From positions 608,001 to 672,000 of the forward strand of contig CAXXKT010000001.1 in the NCBI GenBank assembly GCA_963662405.2: a stretch of DNA of 64,000 nucleotides, in the 5' to 3' direction. How positions within the stretch are numbered: position 1 is the stretch's first letter; every line of letters begins with the position of its first letter. Below, piece by piece: positions 1 through 10,250 of the stretch. The DNA is from Syntrophales bacterium. Lineage in GTDB: Bacteria > Desulfobacterota > Syntrophia > Syntrophales > UBA2210. A program made the translations under genes and the position numbers. Under the pieces are notes generated by a model that saw nothing but the letters and a program-made list of their open reading frames with translations, ran no database searches and was not told where the DNA came from.

Positions 1-461
1 CCCGGGGAGACCGCGTCCAATCATGTCAATCTGGGTTTGAACAGGAATATTCAAACACACTCCACACGGGGAAGAAAAACCATCAAGAACCTGGTCCGGG
101 TTTAGGACAATGGAGTAAATCCGTTCGGCACCTTCCGGCAAGGTATTCATCCAGATAAAGCGTGCCGCTTCCGGACCGACTGAGAGGAAAAGATCGGCCT
201 TCTCCTCTCGTAATGTTGCGGCAAGGGTGACTCGACTTTTATCGGGAAATTTATCCAGGGACCACACCTCAAGATCAATCCCTGGCGTTTCTTCGAAAAC
301 GGCACTCATCCCTTCGACGGCTTCGACGTATGGCCTGATATCACGGGAAATCAGTATCGCCACCCGCCCCGCTCGCAGGCCCGCTGCCTGAGAGAATCCC
401 CCCCACAACAACAACAGCAACATAACCACCAGCAATGCGGAAGTAATGCGCTTTTTCTCAT
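1..461 (-). CDS. Secreted ABC-type substrate-binding-like protein (5' part; runs off window start)
   Basis: Manual translation from ATG at 461: MRKKRITSALLVVMLLLLLWGG...RVAILISRDIRPYVEAVEG...LSVGPEAA; signal peptide and ABC_sub_bind-like pattern; open to position 1. Confidence 0.65.
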
Positions 462-800
462 CGGGATGCGGTATCTCAAAACATATCATCGACGAGGTCT
501 CTTTACAGGGGGTCTCATTCCACTCCTCGCGGAATCTGCCATACGCATTATCGGGTGCGTCAAAGAGAGATCAGAAAGAACCGGGGTCCATCGTTCCGCT
601 CCCGGCCAGAACCGATCCCTGAATCCCATCAGGACGTCCCCTGTATCTAGTATGGCGCTACAAGGGGGCACAAAAACGAAATACCGCGAACTCCTCGTAA
701 CCGGAACGAATGTCTCAACAACGGATCAAATTCTCTTTTACGCATGTTACTCACGGACATATAATAATCTTTCCCCACAGCGCCTGCAAGGTGCTGACTC

Positions 801-3101
801 TTAAAATAAAGGAGATCGATCGAACGTATTTTCTCCCCTTTTTTCAAGTCGCTCTTTCACCTGTGAGATTTTTCCCTTAAACTCGTCCGTTACCGCATCG
901 ACATCCTCGAGATTAGCTATTACACGCGGTGTTATCATAACAATCATTTCAGTTTTTGAACCCTCCATCTTGTCCTTGCCGAAGAGATATCGCATCAACG
1001 GAACATCTATGAGGCAGGGGACTCCCGACATGGCATCCGACTTGGTTTCACTGATGAGCCCGCCGATGACGAGTGTCTGCCCGTGCTTGACGGTCAGGGT
1101 GGTGGACACTGATCGTTTATAAAAGGAGGGATAATCACTCCCCCCCACGGAAACATTTGAACTCTGTTCGCTGACTTCCTGACTGATCTCCATCGTCACC
1201 AAACCGCTTTCGTTGATGTGAGGGGTTACCTTTAGTATGACACCGGTGTCGCGGTATTGGATATTTGTTTCCAAGACGTCAGAATCGCTATCCGTATAAT
1301 TATATGACGTGCTCGCCACCGGGATCTCCGTTGAAATATCAATACTCGCCTCCTTATTGTCGGAAGCGAGAAGGTGGGGTGAAGAGAGGATATTCACCTT
1401 TTTATTTTCCTGTAATGCCGACAAAGCGGCTTGCCATTTTTCGGTCAGCCCGATGGCATAGCTGAGCCCTGCGGCACCGATCGACGCGCTGAGACTTCCT
1501 GTTTCAACCCATGGCGCATTCTTAAACGTCCATTCGACACCCATCTCATATCCTTTTCCCAGGGTGATTTCCGCCACAGTGGCCTCTATCAGAACCTGCC
1601 GTGGGAGAACGTCAAGGCGATCGAGAATCCCCTGAATAACCTTGTAATCTCTGGGAGTAGCTTCTATAATGAGGGCGTTTCTCACTTCATCCGGGGTTAT
1701 TGTTACCTCTCCCCTCACAGAGGTTGCCGTACCGGCGACCTCCTCTCGCACCAAAGTCCCTGCCGATACACCGGCCTCGGCCTTTTCCGGCTCTTTTGCT
1801 TTCTCGGCACCAATAGCGAGGGGATTCGTGTGGGTAACCTCCTTCTTATTGCTCTTCTTGCTGGTTGTCCCCTTTTTCCCGAAGATCGAGCCCAAGAGAG
1901 TACCCAATTGATCAGCCGCTCCATTTCGAACAAAATATACATAGATGCGCGGCCCCATATCTTCACTGGGAATATCCAACTGAGCAGCAAAGGCATCCAG
2001 TCTTTCAAGCAGATCGACTTGGGAAGAGATGGCAAGCACGGCATTGAGACGACTGATGGCGACTAAATTCATTTTATCTTTTCCGATGGACGGGTATGAC
2101 CCGACTATCTCTTTGAGCGTCTTGGTTGCCTCCTCGGCATCGATGTTTGTAAAGAAATAAAATCGGTGGTTTATCTTCTCAAGGAGGTTGATGTCAAAGA
2201 CGTCCACCAATTTCAGTACCTTCAAGATATTGATACCTTTATCAACAACCAGAAGCATGTTCGAGGGGACATCGGCAATAATCGTCCCCGTGCTTGATAC
2301 AAAGGGGGTCAAGAGTTTGGTCATTTCTTGCGCCGTGATGAATTTTAAGGGAACGATTTGTATAACAACCTGCTGACTTGGCGGCACCTCCCTTATATCA
2401 CCCTCCACGCGGAGAGCAACGGGCATACGTGAGGCATCTTTGCTACTGACAATCTTGTGTACCGACCCCTCTTCTACAATCATGAGGCCACTGGCTTCCA
2501 GGATCTGGCGAAACACCGGGAATATCTCTTCCCTACTGAGTTCCTTGGTTGTACGGATAGTAACCGTTCCTCTCACACCCGGGTCGATAATGTAATTGAT
2601 CTCGAGTATATCGGAGATTGTCCTGATCACCTCATAGATGTCGGCGTTGTCGAAATTGAAGGTGATGCCTCCCTGTTCTGCGGAAGGCTCTTCGGTTCTT
2701 TCCGCCTGCAAAACCGCTTTCAAAGGCGTTGCGGGTTGGGTCGAGACCCCGGCCGTGTGATGCACCACCGGTTTCTGTGAAAGGGCAGGGGTAAGACTAT
2801 CGGTAGGTTTCTTTACTGATCGTTTGATATAACCAAAGGGAGTATCAACGAGTTCAAAGTCACCATTGTTATCGATACGAAGACGGTTCTCTTCTTCCCT
2901 ATTTACGATCTTTGCGGCTTCAGCGGGGTTGACGGTTGCGGCCGTTCCACCAGTCTTGAGGGTACGAACGGGTTTCGAACCACGGGCCTGCGAGCTGATA
3001 TCAGCCACGCGGGGCGCTGATCCGACACATCCCGCAAGAACAAAAGCAGCCACAAGGATTATACAAAAAGCTCTCATTTTATTCCTATTGTTCATCATCA
3101 T
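801..3101 (-). CDS. gspD: Type II secretion secretin GspD, predicted lipoprotein
   Basis: N0-N3 domains (ITFNFDNADI, NALIIEAT), secretin domain (QVLIEATVAEI, YRDTGVILKVTP, GVPCLIDVPLMRYLF); lipobox LAGC. Confidence 0.95.
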   Translation of the reverse strand: MMMNNRNKMRAFCIILVAAFVLAGCVGSAPRVADISSQARGSKPVRTLKTGGTAATVNPAEAAKIVNREEENRLRIDNNGDFELVDTPFGYIKRSVKKPTDSLTPALSQKPVVHHTAGVSTQPATPLKAVLQAERTEEPSAEQGGITFNFDNADIYEVIRTISDILEINYIIDPGVRGTVTIRTTKELSREEIFPVFRQILEASGLMIVEEGSVHKIVSSKDASRMPVALRVEGDIREVPPSQQVVIQIVPLKFITAQEMTKLLTPFVSSTGTIIADVPSNMLLVVDKGINILKVLKLVDVFDINLLEKINHRFYFFTNIDAEEATKTLKEIVGSYPSIGKDKMNLVAISRLNAVLAISSQVDLLERLDAFAAQLDIPSEDMGPRIYVYFVRNGAADQLGTLLGSIFGKKGTTSKKSNKKEVTHTNPLAIGAEKAKEPEKAEAGVSAGTLVREEVAGTATSVRGEVTITPDEVRNALIIEATPRDYKVIQGILDRLDVLPRQVLIEATVAEITLGKGYEMGVEWTFKNAPWVETGSLSASIGAAGLSYAIGLTEKWQAALSALQENKKVNILSSPHLLASDNKEASIDISTEIPVASTSYNYTDSDSDVLETNIQYRDTGVILKVTPHINESGLVTMEISQEVSEQSSNVSVGGSDYPSFYKRSVSTTLTVKHGQTLVIGGLISETKSDAMSGVPCLIDVPLMRYLFGKDKMEGSKTEMIVMITPRVIANLEDVDAVTDEFKGKISQVKERLEKRGENTFDRSPLF

Positions 3102-3103
3102 GC

Positions 3104-3883
3104 CTACTTCTTCTTTCGTTTGATTTTGCCGAAAGGCGTGTCCACCACTTCATATCCTTCTCCCTTGACCGGGCTATCGTCAGATCCTTCCGATTCCACC
3201 GCCCGCTCCGCTTTTGGCCGGGGCGTTCTTTCGACCGTGACTTTTGTTGCCTGTTGTGTCGTGACAATCACCGGTTTGTCTTCCGGCTGTCGTGTTTTCA
3301 GCCCGGCGACTTGCGTATTATTCTTCTCATGGTCATACAGAGAAATTTCTATGAGATCAGCTCCCTTCTTCAACACAAGGCTTTCCTTCTTTATGACGGA
3401 AACCATAACATCCGTATCCCCGATAGTATCCCCTTCCCGCACCCACAGGAACGGCCTTTGGGGGGGCTTTGGCTGGGGGTCACTAATCAGGGCGGTCCGT
3501 GTATTATCCTTCACGACAACGCCGTACAGGACGATCTTTTTCCCGGAAATGCGAACCGCCTTTTCCACGACAGCCGGTTCATCCGGATTCTCCTTCTTCT
3601 CTTCATCACCCTCTTCCACCCGTTCCATTCTGTCCGATGTGAAAAGATCGTTGGCCGCCACCACCTCGTATGCATCCTCCGGGGGCAGCACACCCCGGAC
3701 AACCCTCGGAATATCGGAGGCCTTCACCTGGGCAGACCTCTGAATGTTCCGTGCGTCACCTCCGCTCTCTTCCGACCAGACACTGATACTCTTCGCACCG
3801 AAAAAGATGACGCATAGGGCCAAGATAATATTGATAAACCATGTCTTTGAAAACATATCAAGCACCGCTCGCATCCCGATCAC
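3104..3883 (-). CDS. T2SS GspC-like inner-membrane protein (HR domain, no PDZ)
   Basis: N-terminal TM helix, NDLF motif, LYGVV...ALI...WVREGDTIG HR-like segment; directly upstream of gspD. Confidence 0.7.
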   Translation of the reverse strand: MIGMRAVLDMFSKTWFINIILALCVIFFGAKSISVWSEESGGDARNIQRSAQVKASDIPRVVRGVLPPEDAYEVVAANDLFTSDRMERVEEGDEEKKENPDEPAVVEKAVRISGKKIVLYGVVVKDNTRTALISDPQPKPPQRPFLWVREGDTIGDTDVMVSVIKKESLVLKKGADLIEISLYDHEKNNTQVAGLKTRQPEDKPVIVTTQQATKVTVERTPRPKAERAVESEGSDDSPVKGEGYEVVDTPFGKIKRKKK

Positions 3884-3884
3884 C

Positions 3885-4442
3885 TTATTCCTTCATGAAC
3901 CCATCGACGGTCAGGTCCACTCTGAGTTGATCCCTTCCCTTTCGTCGGGGGGCACTGACTCGTATCTCACGTACCGTCAGGTACCTGTCGGATGCCGCGA
4001 GGCCATACAGGATCTCTTTGAGTTGTCTCGTCGTCAGGGACAGCGAAAACCGTACCGGAATGCTCAGGTACGCGGTACCCTCTTTTTTGGCGGGCTTCAG
4101 GACACGAACCGAGTTTGTCGCCACGCCACTTTTCTGTGTGATGGTGCTCAATATGTTCTGCATATCAACCGCAGCAAGGGGAGGGGTTTTCCCCTTCAAT
4201 AATCCTGACTCTCCCTGCTCGAGCGAGCCGGTAAGGGCTGCAAGACGTTTCTTTAATTCCTTTCCTTCTTCGATGGACTGTTGGTATTTCCCCAACTGTT
4301 TCTCTTTCACCTCGATTTGAGCGTCTCCACCGGTCATCCCCTGCAGGAGAGGATACACCTTGTATACCAGCCCGAAAAAGAGCAGAATGGCTCCGCCGAT
4401 CAGGATATATTTTCTCTCTCTGGTAAGCGCAAAATTGATCAT
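3885..4442 (-). CDS. gspM: T2SS GspM/PilO-like protein
   Basis: LTRERK plus single TM helix, coiled coil, ferredoxin-like C-terminus; operon position. Confidence 0.75.
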   Translation of the reverse strand: MINFALTRERKYILIGGAILLFFGLVYKVYPLLQGMTGGDAQIEVKEKQLGKYQQSIEEGKELKKRLAALTGSLEQGESGLLKGKTPPLAAVDMQNILSTITQKSGVATNSVRVLKPAKKEGTAYLSIPVRFSLSLTTRQLKEILYGLAASDRYLTVREIRVSAPRRKGRDQLRVDLTVDGFMKE

Positions 4443-5833
4443 GATTTGTTTTTCCGTGTCTGAAGCCCTATACGGAACCGTTCCTTGCCGTCCCTGGTTT
4501 TTGTAATCGTGGACAGAAAAGCCACATCCTTAAAAAGAGGAGACCCCTCGAGAAGCGTTACCAGTTCCGAAGCCGAATCCGCATATCCATCTATCTTTAC
4601 CTCCCCATCAGAGATGGTAACGTTGCTGACCCATGCGGTCTCGGGGATGATATCCGTGAGATCCGCCAGGATATCGAGAATCGGCACGTGTACATCTGCT
4701 GAAAGGGTGTTGAGATCTTTTATCTGTTTTTCCAGCTTGTTACACCGGTCACGTACCTTTTCTATCTTGGAAACCTCTCCCCGCAACTGCTCGATCCGTG
4801 CATCAAGGCGTTTCAGATCAAGGCGTTCCCTCATGATGGTCCCTCCCCCCCAGGAAATGAGAGACAAGGCCAACAGACCTCCGAGGATCATCATGGTGTA
4901 ATGCCCCCTCTTGTCCGGCTTCTTCCGCCGCTCAACAGGAAGCAGATTGATATCCATGTGCCCCCGCCGTATCGCCTTCAGGGCACATCCATATGCGGGC
5001 ACTAATTCATATGTCGGCACCCCTCCCTTCACGAGGTCAAAAATCTGCATCTCAAATGGATCGTCGTCAGCGAAGATGTTCAAAAGACCACCGTCCGAAG
5101 GGGGACCCAGAAAGATCACCGGTCGTTTCCCTTCACCATCGTTCAATGTATCACCGAGCGATGCCATCTCTCGCTTAATGACGGCAGAAAGATCATCCCT
5201 ATCATCCACCATCGATCCATGCCGCGAGTACCATAAGAGATCGTCCCGAAAGAGATCAATCTCCACGCGCCCTCCCCCCCCGTACACCACAGCTGAAGAT
5301 CCGCCAGGCGCAAGGCTCTCCGTATGAAACAAATAATTGGCCAGGGCCGTAGCGCTGATCTCCATCCCCGAAATACCGACACGGAGTTCCTCACACAGTG
5401 TGATGTACGGGGCGATGGCATTCTTTTCCGCCAGTACCAGCAAAACATTCAGTATGCCGGTCCCTTTGTCCTCCGAAATGATCTGATAATCAAAATGGAC
5501 ATCTTCCACCGGAAAGGGGGTATATTTCTCCATCTCATATCCGAGAGTGTCTCGAAGGTTCTCCTTCACCGCCAAGGGAAGTTGAATCTGCCTGATAAGC
5601 GCCATATCCCCCGGTATTGAAAGGTATATGTCTGTTGAAAGGATGTGGTTACTTCGCAGGAAAGCGAGCATCAAATCCCGAGCCACTCCCAGTCGCTCTT
5701 CCAATGATTTCTCTGCGGGGAGATCATATACGGCGTGAGCCTCCAGGCGCACTTCTCTGATCGACGCCTTGAGGTACGCCATCGAAAGAAATGTGGTCTC
5801 TATATGTATACCCACGCCCGTCTGAAAAAGCAC
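4439..5833 (-). CDS. gspL: T2SS GspL (PilM-like cytoplasmic plus PilN-like periplasmic domains)
   Basis: GIHI start, YTPFPVEDVHFDY, INLLP motif before the TM helix, PilN-like domain. Confidence 0.8.
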   Translation of the reverse strand: MLFQTGVGIHIETTFLSMAYLKASIREVRLEAHAVYDLPAEKSLEERLGVARDLMLAFLRSNHILSTDIYLSIPGDMALIRQIQLPLAVKENLRDTLGYEMEKYTPFPVEDVHFDYQIISEDKGTGILNVLLVLAEKNAIAPYITLCEELRVGISGMEISATALANYLFHTESLAPGGSSAVVYGGGGRVEIDLFRDDLLWYSRHGSMVDDRDDLSAVIKREMASLGDTLNDGEGKRPVIFLGPPSDGGLLNIFADDDPFEMQIFDLVKGGVPTYELVPAYGCALKAIRRGHMDINLLPVERRKKPDKRGHYTMMILGGLLALSLISWGGGTIMRERLDLKRLDARIEQLRGEVSKIEKVRDRCNKLEKQIKDLNTLSADVHVPILDILADLTDIIPETAWVSNVTISDGEVKIDGYADSASELVTLLEGSPLFKDVAFLSTITKTRDGKERFRIGLQTRKNKS

Positions 5834-5845
5834 TGTGATCCTCCC

Positions 5846-6943
5846 TTATCCTTCGGATTCCGCCGTTTCTTCCTCGGGACCCCCGATGAGGCCCATCGAT
5901 TCGCTGATGGGTGCATCGTCGAGCCATCGGACGATCCTGTATCCTTTTTTGGCCCGTGCGTCAATCTTAACAAGGGCCTCTACCCCCCGCAGTGTCTTTG
6001 CGCCCCCCGTCACCCCCATCGATGTGACGGTATAGTACGGAATGGTCTGGACAGTGAGATATGATTTTAATGAGTTATACACATCGGCCCCGACAATCTC
6101 AAGGAGTTCGGATACCGATTTGAAATCGCGTTCCTTCCGGTAATCGATAATTGCCTGTGCCATGTCTTCCGTCATTCCGGGAAGGGTACGGAGCATGTCG
6201 ATAGAGGCGGCATTGATGTTCATCTTCCCGCTGATCGACGCGGTACTCGTTCCCTTTTTCCGTTTTTTCTTCTGTTTCTGCCGTTGATCCTGCTCATCAC
6301 CGTACACCGTTATCAGTTTCTCCAGTCCTCCGAAAAAGAGTTCCGGGGTCACCCCCCGCACCAGGAGCAGCTCTCCGACAGACTCGAAATCCCCGTCCCG
6401 GCAATCATACGGTTCGGGGAGTGCATGGTAATAATCGTTTTCCGCACCATTCACGCGGTGCAGATGATCTGTATCCCGCCAATCAAGGATGGAATCCACG
6501 ATTACATCCCGTTCCTCGTCCTCCAGGTCAAATCCTGAGAGAACCATTCGCAGCAGGCTGGGATTGGCCGCGTTGAGATTGATCTTTCCGCTTTCATTCG
6601 CGACACGCACCTTGAATTGCCCTTCTCCAAATGAGACGGGGGGGATATCCGTATTGACCCGCAATCGTACATCCTCTTCTTCATCCTCTACTATCGCTGT
6701 CTTCGGAGGAATCCTCTCATTTCTGATGAGTTCGACAACAGCCCGGTTCAATCCAGCCACGGCGATATAGTAGGCCTGCGTTTCTTCTTTGAAATTACGG
6801 GTGATATTCATCTCCGTCCGCATGGTATAGCAGAATTCACCGACAATAACGGTCAGGAGAGCCAGGACCCACAGAACCAGAAACAGCGCTATTCCTCGCT
6901 CATTATCAATGGTCGGTTTCATCTTCTCTCCGCTATCGTCCAT
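5846..6943 (-). CDS. gspK: T2SS minor pseudopilin GspK (alternative start 6922)
   Basis: RG|IALFLVLW prepilin-like site, GKINLN, ILDWRD, HhH motifs. Confidence 0.92.
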   Translation of the reverse strand: MDDSGEKMKPTIDNERGIALFLVLWVLALLTVIVGEFCYTMRTEMNITRNFKEETQAYYIAVAGLNRAVVELIRNERIPPKTAIVEDEEEDVRLRVNTDIPPVSFGEGQFKVRVANESGKINLNAANPSLLRMVLSGFDLEDEERDVIVDSILDWRDTDHLHRVNGAENDYYHALPEPYDCRDGDFESVGELLLVRGVTPELFFGGLEKLITVYGDEQDQRQKQKKKRKKGTSTASISGKMNINAASIDMLRTLPGMTEDMAQAIIDYRKERDFKSVSELLEIVGADVYNSLKSYLTVQTIPYYTVTSMGVTGGAKTLRGVEALVKIDARAKKGYRIVRWLDDAPISESMGLIGGPEEETAESEG

Positions 6944-7550
6944 GAGCCGCTATCCGTGCTACCGCTGTCACGGATGGTTTGTCTTCCCCGCGTTTCAGGG
7001 TTACCCGCACGGCAAGGGGAAATCCCGTTTCACTCTCAGGGTCCCAGGTTTCCTGCCATTCCGGGACCTCTTCACCCTCTGACCGCTTCAGATAAGCAAA
7101 TGCTATCTCCGTACTCCCGATCAGTTCCGTAAAGAGTTCATCGGAATCCATGTCGGGGTCCTCGACCATCAGGACAACATTCCGCTCACTCAGGCTGAGG
7201 ATCTCTCCGTCATCCTCCCCTTCCTCCACACGATAGATCACATACACCATACCGAATGTGTTGGCGGGTACCAAGTGAATATCAGAGACAAAGGCGAGAG
7301 ATTTCTGGTCTCCTTTCATCGCAAAGGCCTCCAGCCCCTGCACCGTATCGACCGGGATCGAGGCGATCTGACGCGTGATCAGATCCAGGACGATTCGTTC
7401 CCGCTGGTGCGCATCGATATCCCGCTCTCCCCGTTCCCATGCCCTGATCCCCACGCGGAAGGCACCGAACACCAGCAGGGTGATCAGTGACAGGATCGTC
7501 ATGGAGATCAACAGTTCCAAGAGCGTAAAGCCCCTGCTGCCACCACGCAT
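6933..7550 (-). CDS. gspJ: T2SS pseudopilin GspJ
   Basis: G|FTLLELL N-methylation motif; WQETW...PLAVRV. Confidence 0.85.
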   Translation of the reverse strand: MRGGSRGFTLLELLISMTILSLITLLVFGAFRVGIRAWERGERDIDAHQRERIVLDLITRQIASIPVDTVQGLEAFAMKGDQKSLAFVSDIHLVPANTFGMVYVIYRVEEGEDDGEILSLSERNVVLMVEDPDMDSDELFTELIGSTEIAFAYLKRSEGEEVPEWQETWDPESETGFPLAVRVTLKRGEDKPSVTAVARIAAHGR

Positions 7551-7570
7551 TATTATATGCCCCGTTTCTT

Positions 7571-8029
7571 CTATTTCGCCTCCTCCACCTTTTCGAACAC
7601 CTTCAGGCTATCCAATCTGAGGTGTTTCTCATGCCCCTCATTACCCCACGATACCTCAACCGCTATCGTAAATGTATCGAAGGGGAGACGTCCCGCCTCT
7701 TCTTCCCTTTGTTCCAGGCGCACAAGGTCCGCCTTCCACCGGAATTCGTCTTCGAATTCACCTTCGGAGACACCTTCTTCCACGGCATCCAACAGGAGGA
7801 TCTCTTCCATAATTTCCCGGGCATGAAAGATCCCCCGTGTATATTCATCCGATACCTTTCCCGACTTGAGCCCCCCCGAAAAGAGCTGCAGGATAACAAC
7901 AAGGGAGATGGCCAGGAGGGATACCGCAACAAGGATCTCTATGAGGGTGAACCCGTTTCCTTTTCCGTCTCTCTCCACTCCCCAGGACGAAGTGGTCACC
8001 CACCGCATCTTCCGCAGGCAGTGCCTCAT
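7571..8029 (-). CDS. gspI: T2SS pseudopilin GspI
   Basis: G|FTLIEILVA motif; position between gspH and gspJ. Confidence 0.8.
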   Translation of the reverse strand: MRHCLRKMRWVTTSSWGVERDGKGNGFTLIEILVAVSLLAISLVVILQLFSGGLKSGKVSDEYTRGIFHAREIMEEILLLDAVEEGVSEGEFEDEFRWKADLVRLEQREEEAGRLPFDTFTIAVEVSWGNEGHEKHLRLDSLKVFEKVEEAK

Positions 8030-8553
8030 TCATCTTCTCCGCGTGTCAGCCTTACTGATCCCGTGATGACGTCAACGACAACGATGTAACGTCCCCCTCG
8101 CTGATTAGTGACGGCAACCGCCCCCCCGTCGGATCCCCCGCTTGGGTAAAAACCGATTGTAAAACCCTCGGCATCCTCATCCACCGGCTCCTCCTCCGAA
8201 GCCACTTTCATGAAAACGATCCCATCGGGTAAATCATACCCCTTTTCTCCGGCACTCGCTGATCCTTCTTCTGATGTCTCATCACCGCCTTCCGTCTCAC
8301 CGGTCCGTTGAGACATGATTGTGAGGCGATTCTTTTCGAGATCAAAAACAGCCGCATACGGCACCTTCTGAGATACTGCCTGACTCCGGGCATACCGCAG
8401 TGAGGCCGCCACCTTTCCGGAAGCGGTCTTCAGATCCACCCCCCCCATCCCCCCGATAAAGCGGGGGACCACCAGCGCGGAGGAAATACCGATAATAATC
8501 AGGACAATGACAAGTTCCAAGAGGGTGAAACCGCCTGTCTTCCGATGTCTCAA
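8026..8553 (-). CDS. gspH: T2SS pseudopilin GspH
   Basis: G|FTLLELVIV, LRYARSQAV, FYPSG motifs. Confidence 0.85.
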   Translation of the reverse strand: MRHRKTGGFTLLELVIVLIIIGISSALVVPRFIGGMGGVDLKTASGKVAASLRYARSQAVSQKVPYAAVFDLEKNRLTIMSQRTGETEGGDETSEEGSASAGEKGYDLPDGIVFMKVASEEEPVDEDAEGFTIGFYPSGGSDGGAVAVTNQRGGRYIVVVDVITGSVRLTRGEDE

Positions 8554-8572
8554 GAGGAGTAACCCGCCCCTT

Positions 8573-8998
8573 TCATTCCCCGATACCTTTCCAGTTCACG
8601 ATATCGAGATTTTCCTTCTCGCCCCCTTCCTCTCCATCAGCCCCCAGCGATGTAATGTCATAGTCTCCATGCTCCCCCGGAGATATGTACACATAGGCAT
8701 TTCCCCACGGATCGGGGGGAACCTCTTTCGCGAGATACGGGCCATCCCAATTCTTGGCATCATCCGGTTTTTCCCGCAACGCCTGGAGTCCCTCCTCCTC
8801 GGTTGGGTATTTGCCCACATCGAGCCGGTATGTATCCAGGGCCGTTTCAAAAAGGGCTATCTGGGACTTAGCGGCCTTCTGTTTCGATGTATCCACCTTT
8901 CCAAACATCCTTGGTCCGACCAGTGCGGCAAGAAGTCCCAGAATAACCATAACGATCAAGACCTCGATAAGCGTAAACCCCTTTTCCGTATGTTTCAA
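8573..8998 (-). CDS. gspG: T2SS major pseudopilin GspG
   Basis: GFTLIEVLIV, ALDTYRLDVGKYP, WDGPYL, DPWG, SLGADG. Confidence 0.97.
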   Translation of the reverse strand: MKHTEKGFTLIEVLIVMVILGLLAALVGPRMFGKVDTSKQKAAKSQIALFETALDTYRLDVGKYPTEEEGLQALREKPDDAKNWDGPYLAKEVPPDPWGNAYVYISPGEHGDYDITSLGADGEEGGEKENLDIVNWKGIGE

Positions 8999-9014
8999 TT
9001 CTCATTTACTCCTT

Positions 9015-10250
9015 TCAAAAAGGCATGTCGTTCATGCTGAATATCGCCATCAGCATCGATATTACGATGAATCCCACGATTACCCCCATGGCGAGGATCA
9101 TGGCAGGTTCCAACAGACTGACAAATTTCTTAACCATATCCCGCACGATTTTCTCGTAATTGTCGGCCACCCTGAGCAGCATCTTATCGAGCTTCCCCGT
9201 CTCTTCCCCGACCGTGATGATCTGTATGGCAAGGGACGGGAATACCCCCACATCACCAAGCGGTTTCGATAACCGTTCCCCCTCCTTGACGCGATCGTAG
9301 ACACTCGTCATGGCATGGGCAATCACCCGATTCCCGATAATATCGGTCACCAATTTGATCGCCTGGAGGATCGGGACACCACTGTTGGTAAGGGTCCCCA
9401 GAGTCCGTGCGAATCGCGCGGTCTCAACCTTCCTGACATAATCCCCGCTTACCGGCAGCTTCATCTTGTATTGATCCATCTTCAGACGCCCGGCGGGGGT
9501 CCGCGTGTATCGCCTGAAGAAATAATAGAGTGCGCCCACCCCGCCGATGAAAACAAACCAGTACTGCCTCAGGATATCACTGAGACCGAGGAGGAAACGG
9601 GCCGTCCCGGGTACTGCCTGACCCATATCCGCGAATATAAGCGAGAACTTGGGGACAACAAAGGTCAGAAGGATAATGATCGAGAGGCCACCTACAAATA
9701 CCAAAAAGAGGGGATACACCATGGATGATCGAATGTAATCCCTCAATTCTTCTGAATTTTCAAGGAATATCGTCAACCGATCCAGGACGGATTCCAGGAC
9801 GCTCCCCACCTCGCCCGCTCGTACCATATTGACATAAAAGGTCGAAAAGATACGGGGATGTTTTCCCAGTGCATCTGAAAGATAGCCCCCCCCCTGAACC
9901 GTCTTGAGAATATCCGCAACGACATTCCGAAATTTCTCGTTTTGCTGTATGTCGATCAATATCGTCAGGGCTCGGTCAACCGGAAGCCCCGCGCCAAGGA
10001 GCGTCGAAAGGTCCTGGGTAAAGGTCATTACATCCCGCGTAGATACCCTCCGAAAAAGCGCCAAGGCGTTCCCCAGATCGGCATCAAGCCATCGTCGCCC
10101 GTTGGTAGAGGAGACCCTGATCGGGATATACCCCATCTCCTGAAGCTTGGCAACAGCATCCCTGGTCTCAGCGGCTTCAAGGGTACCATTAATTACCTTG
10201 CCTGCGGAATTCGTCGCCTTGTATGTAAAGGTCTGTACGTTACTTTTCAA
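9015..10250 (-). CDS. gspF: T2SS inner-membrane platform protein GspF
   Basis: FTYKA start, two T2SSF domains (MVRAGE, MVYP, VGEETG, LEP). Confidence 0.95.
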   Translation of the reverse strand: MKSNVQTFTYKATNSAGKVINGTLEAAETRDAVAKLQEMGYIPIRVSSTNGRRWLDADLGNALALFRRVSTRDVMTFTQDLSTLLGAGLPVDRALTILIDIQQNEKFRNVVADILKTVQGGGYLSDALGKHPRIFSTFYVNMVRAGEVGSVLESVLDRLTIFLENSEELRDYIRSSMVYPLFLVFVGGLSIIILLTFVVPKFSLIFADMGQAVPGTARFLLGLSDILRQYWFVFIGGVGALYYFFRRYTRTPAGRLKMDQYKMKLPVSGDYVRKVETARFARTLGTLTNSGVPILQAIKLVTDIIGNRVIAHAMTSVYDRVKEGERLSKPLGDVGVFPSLAIQIITVGEETGKLDKMLLRVADNYEKIVRDMVKKFVSLLEPAMILAMGVIVGFIVISMLMAIFSMNDMPF

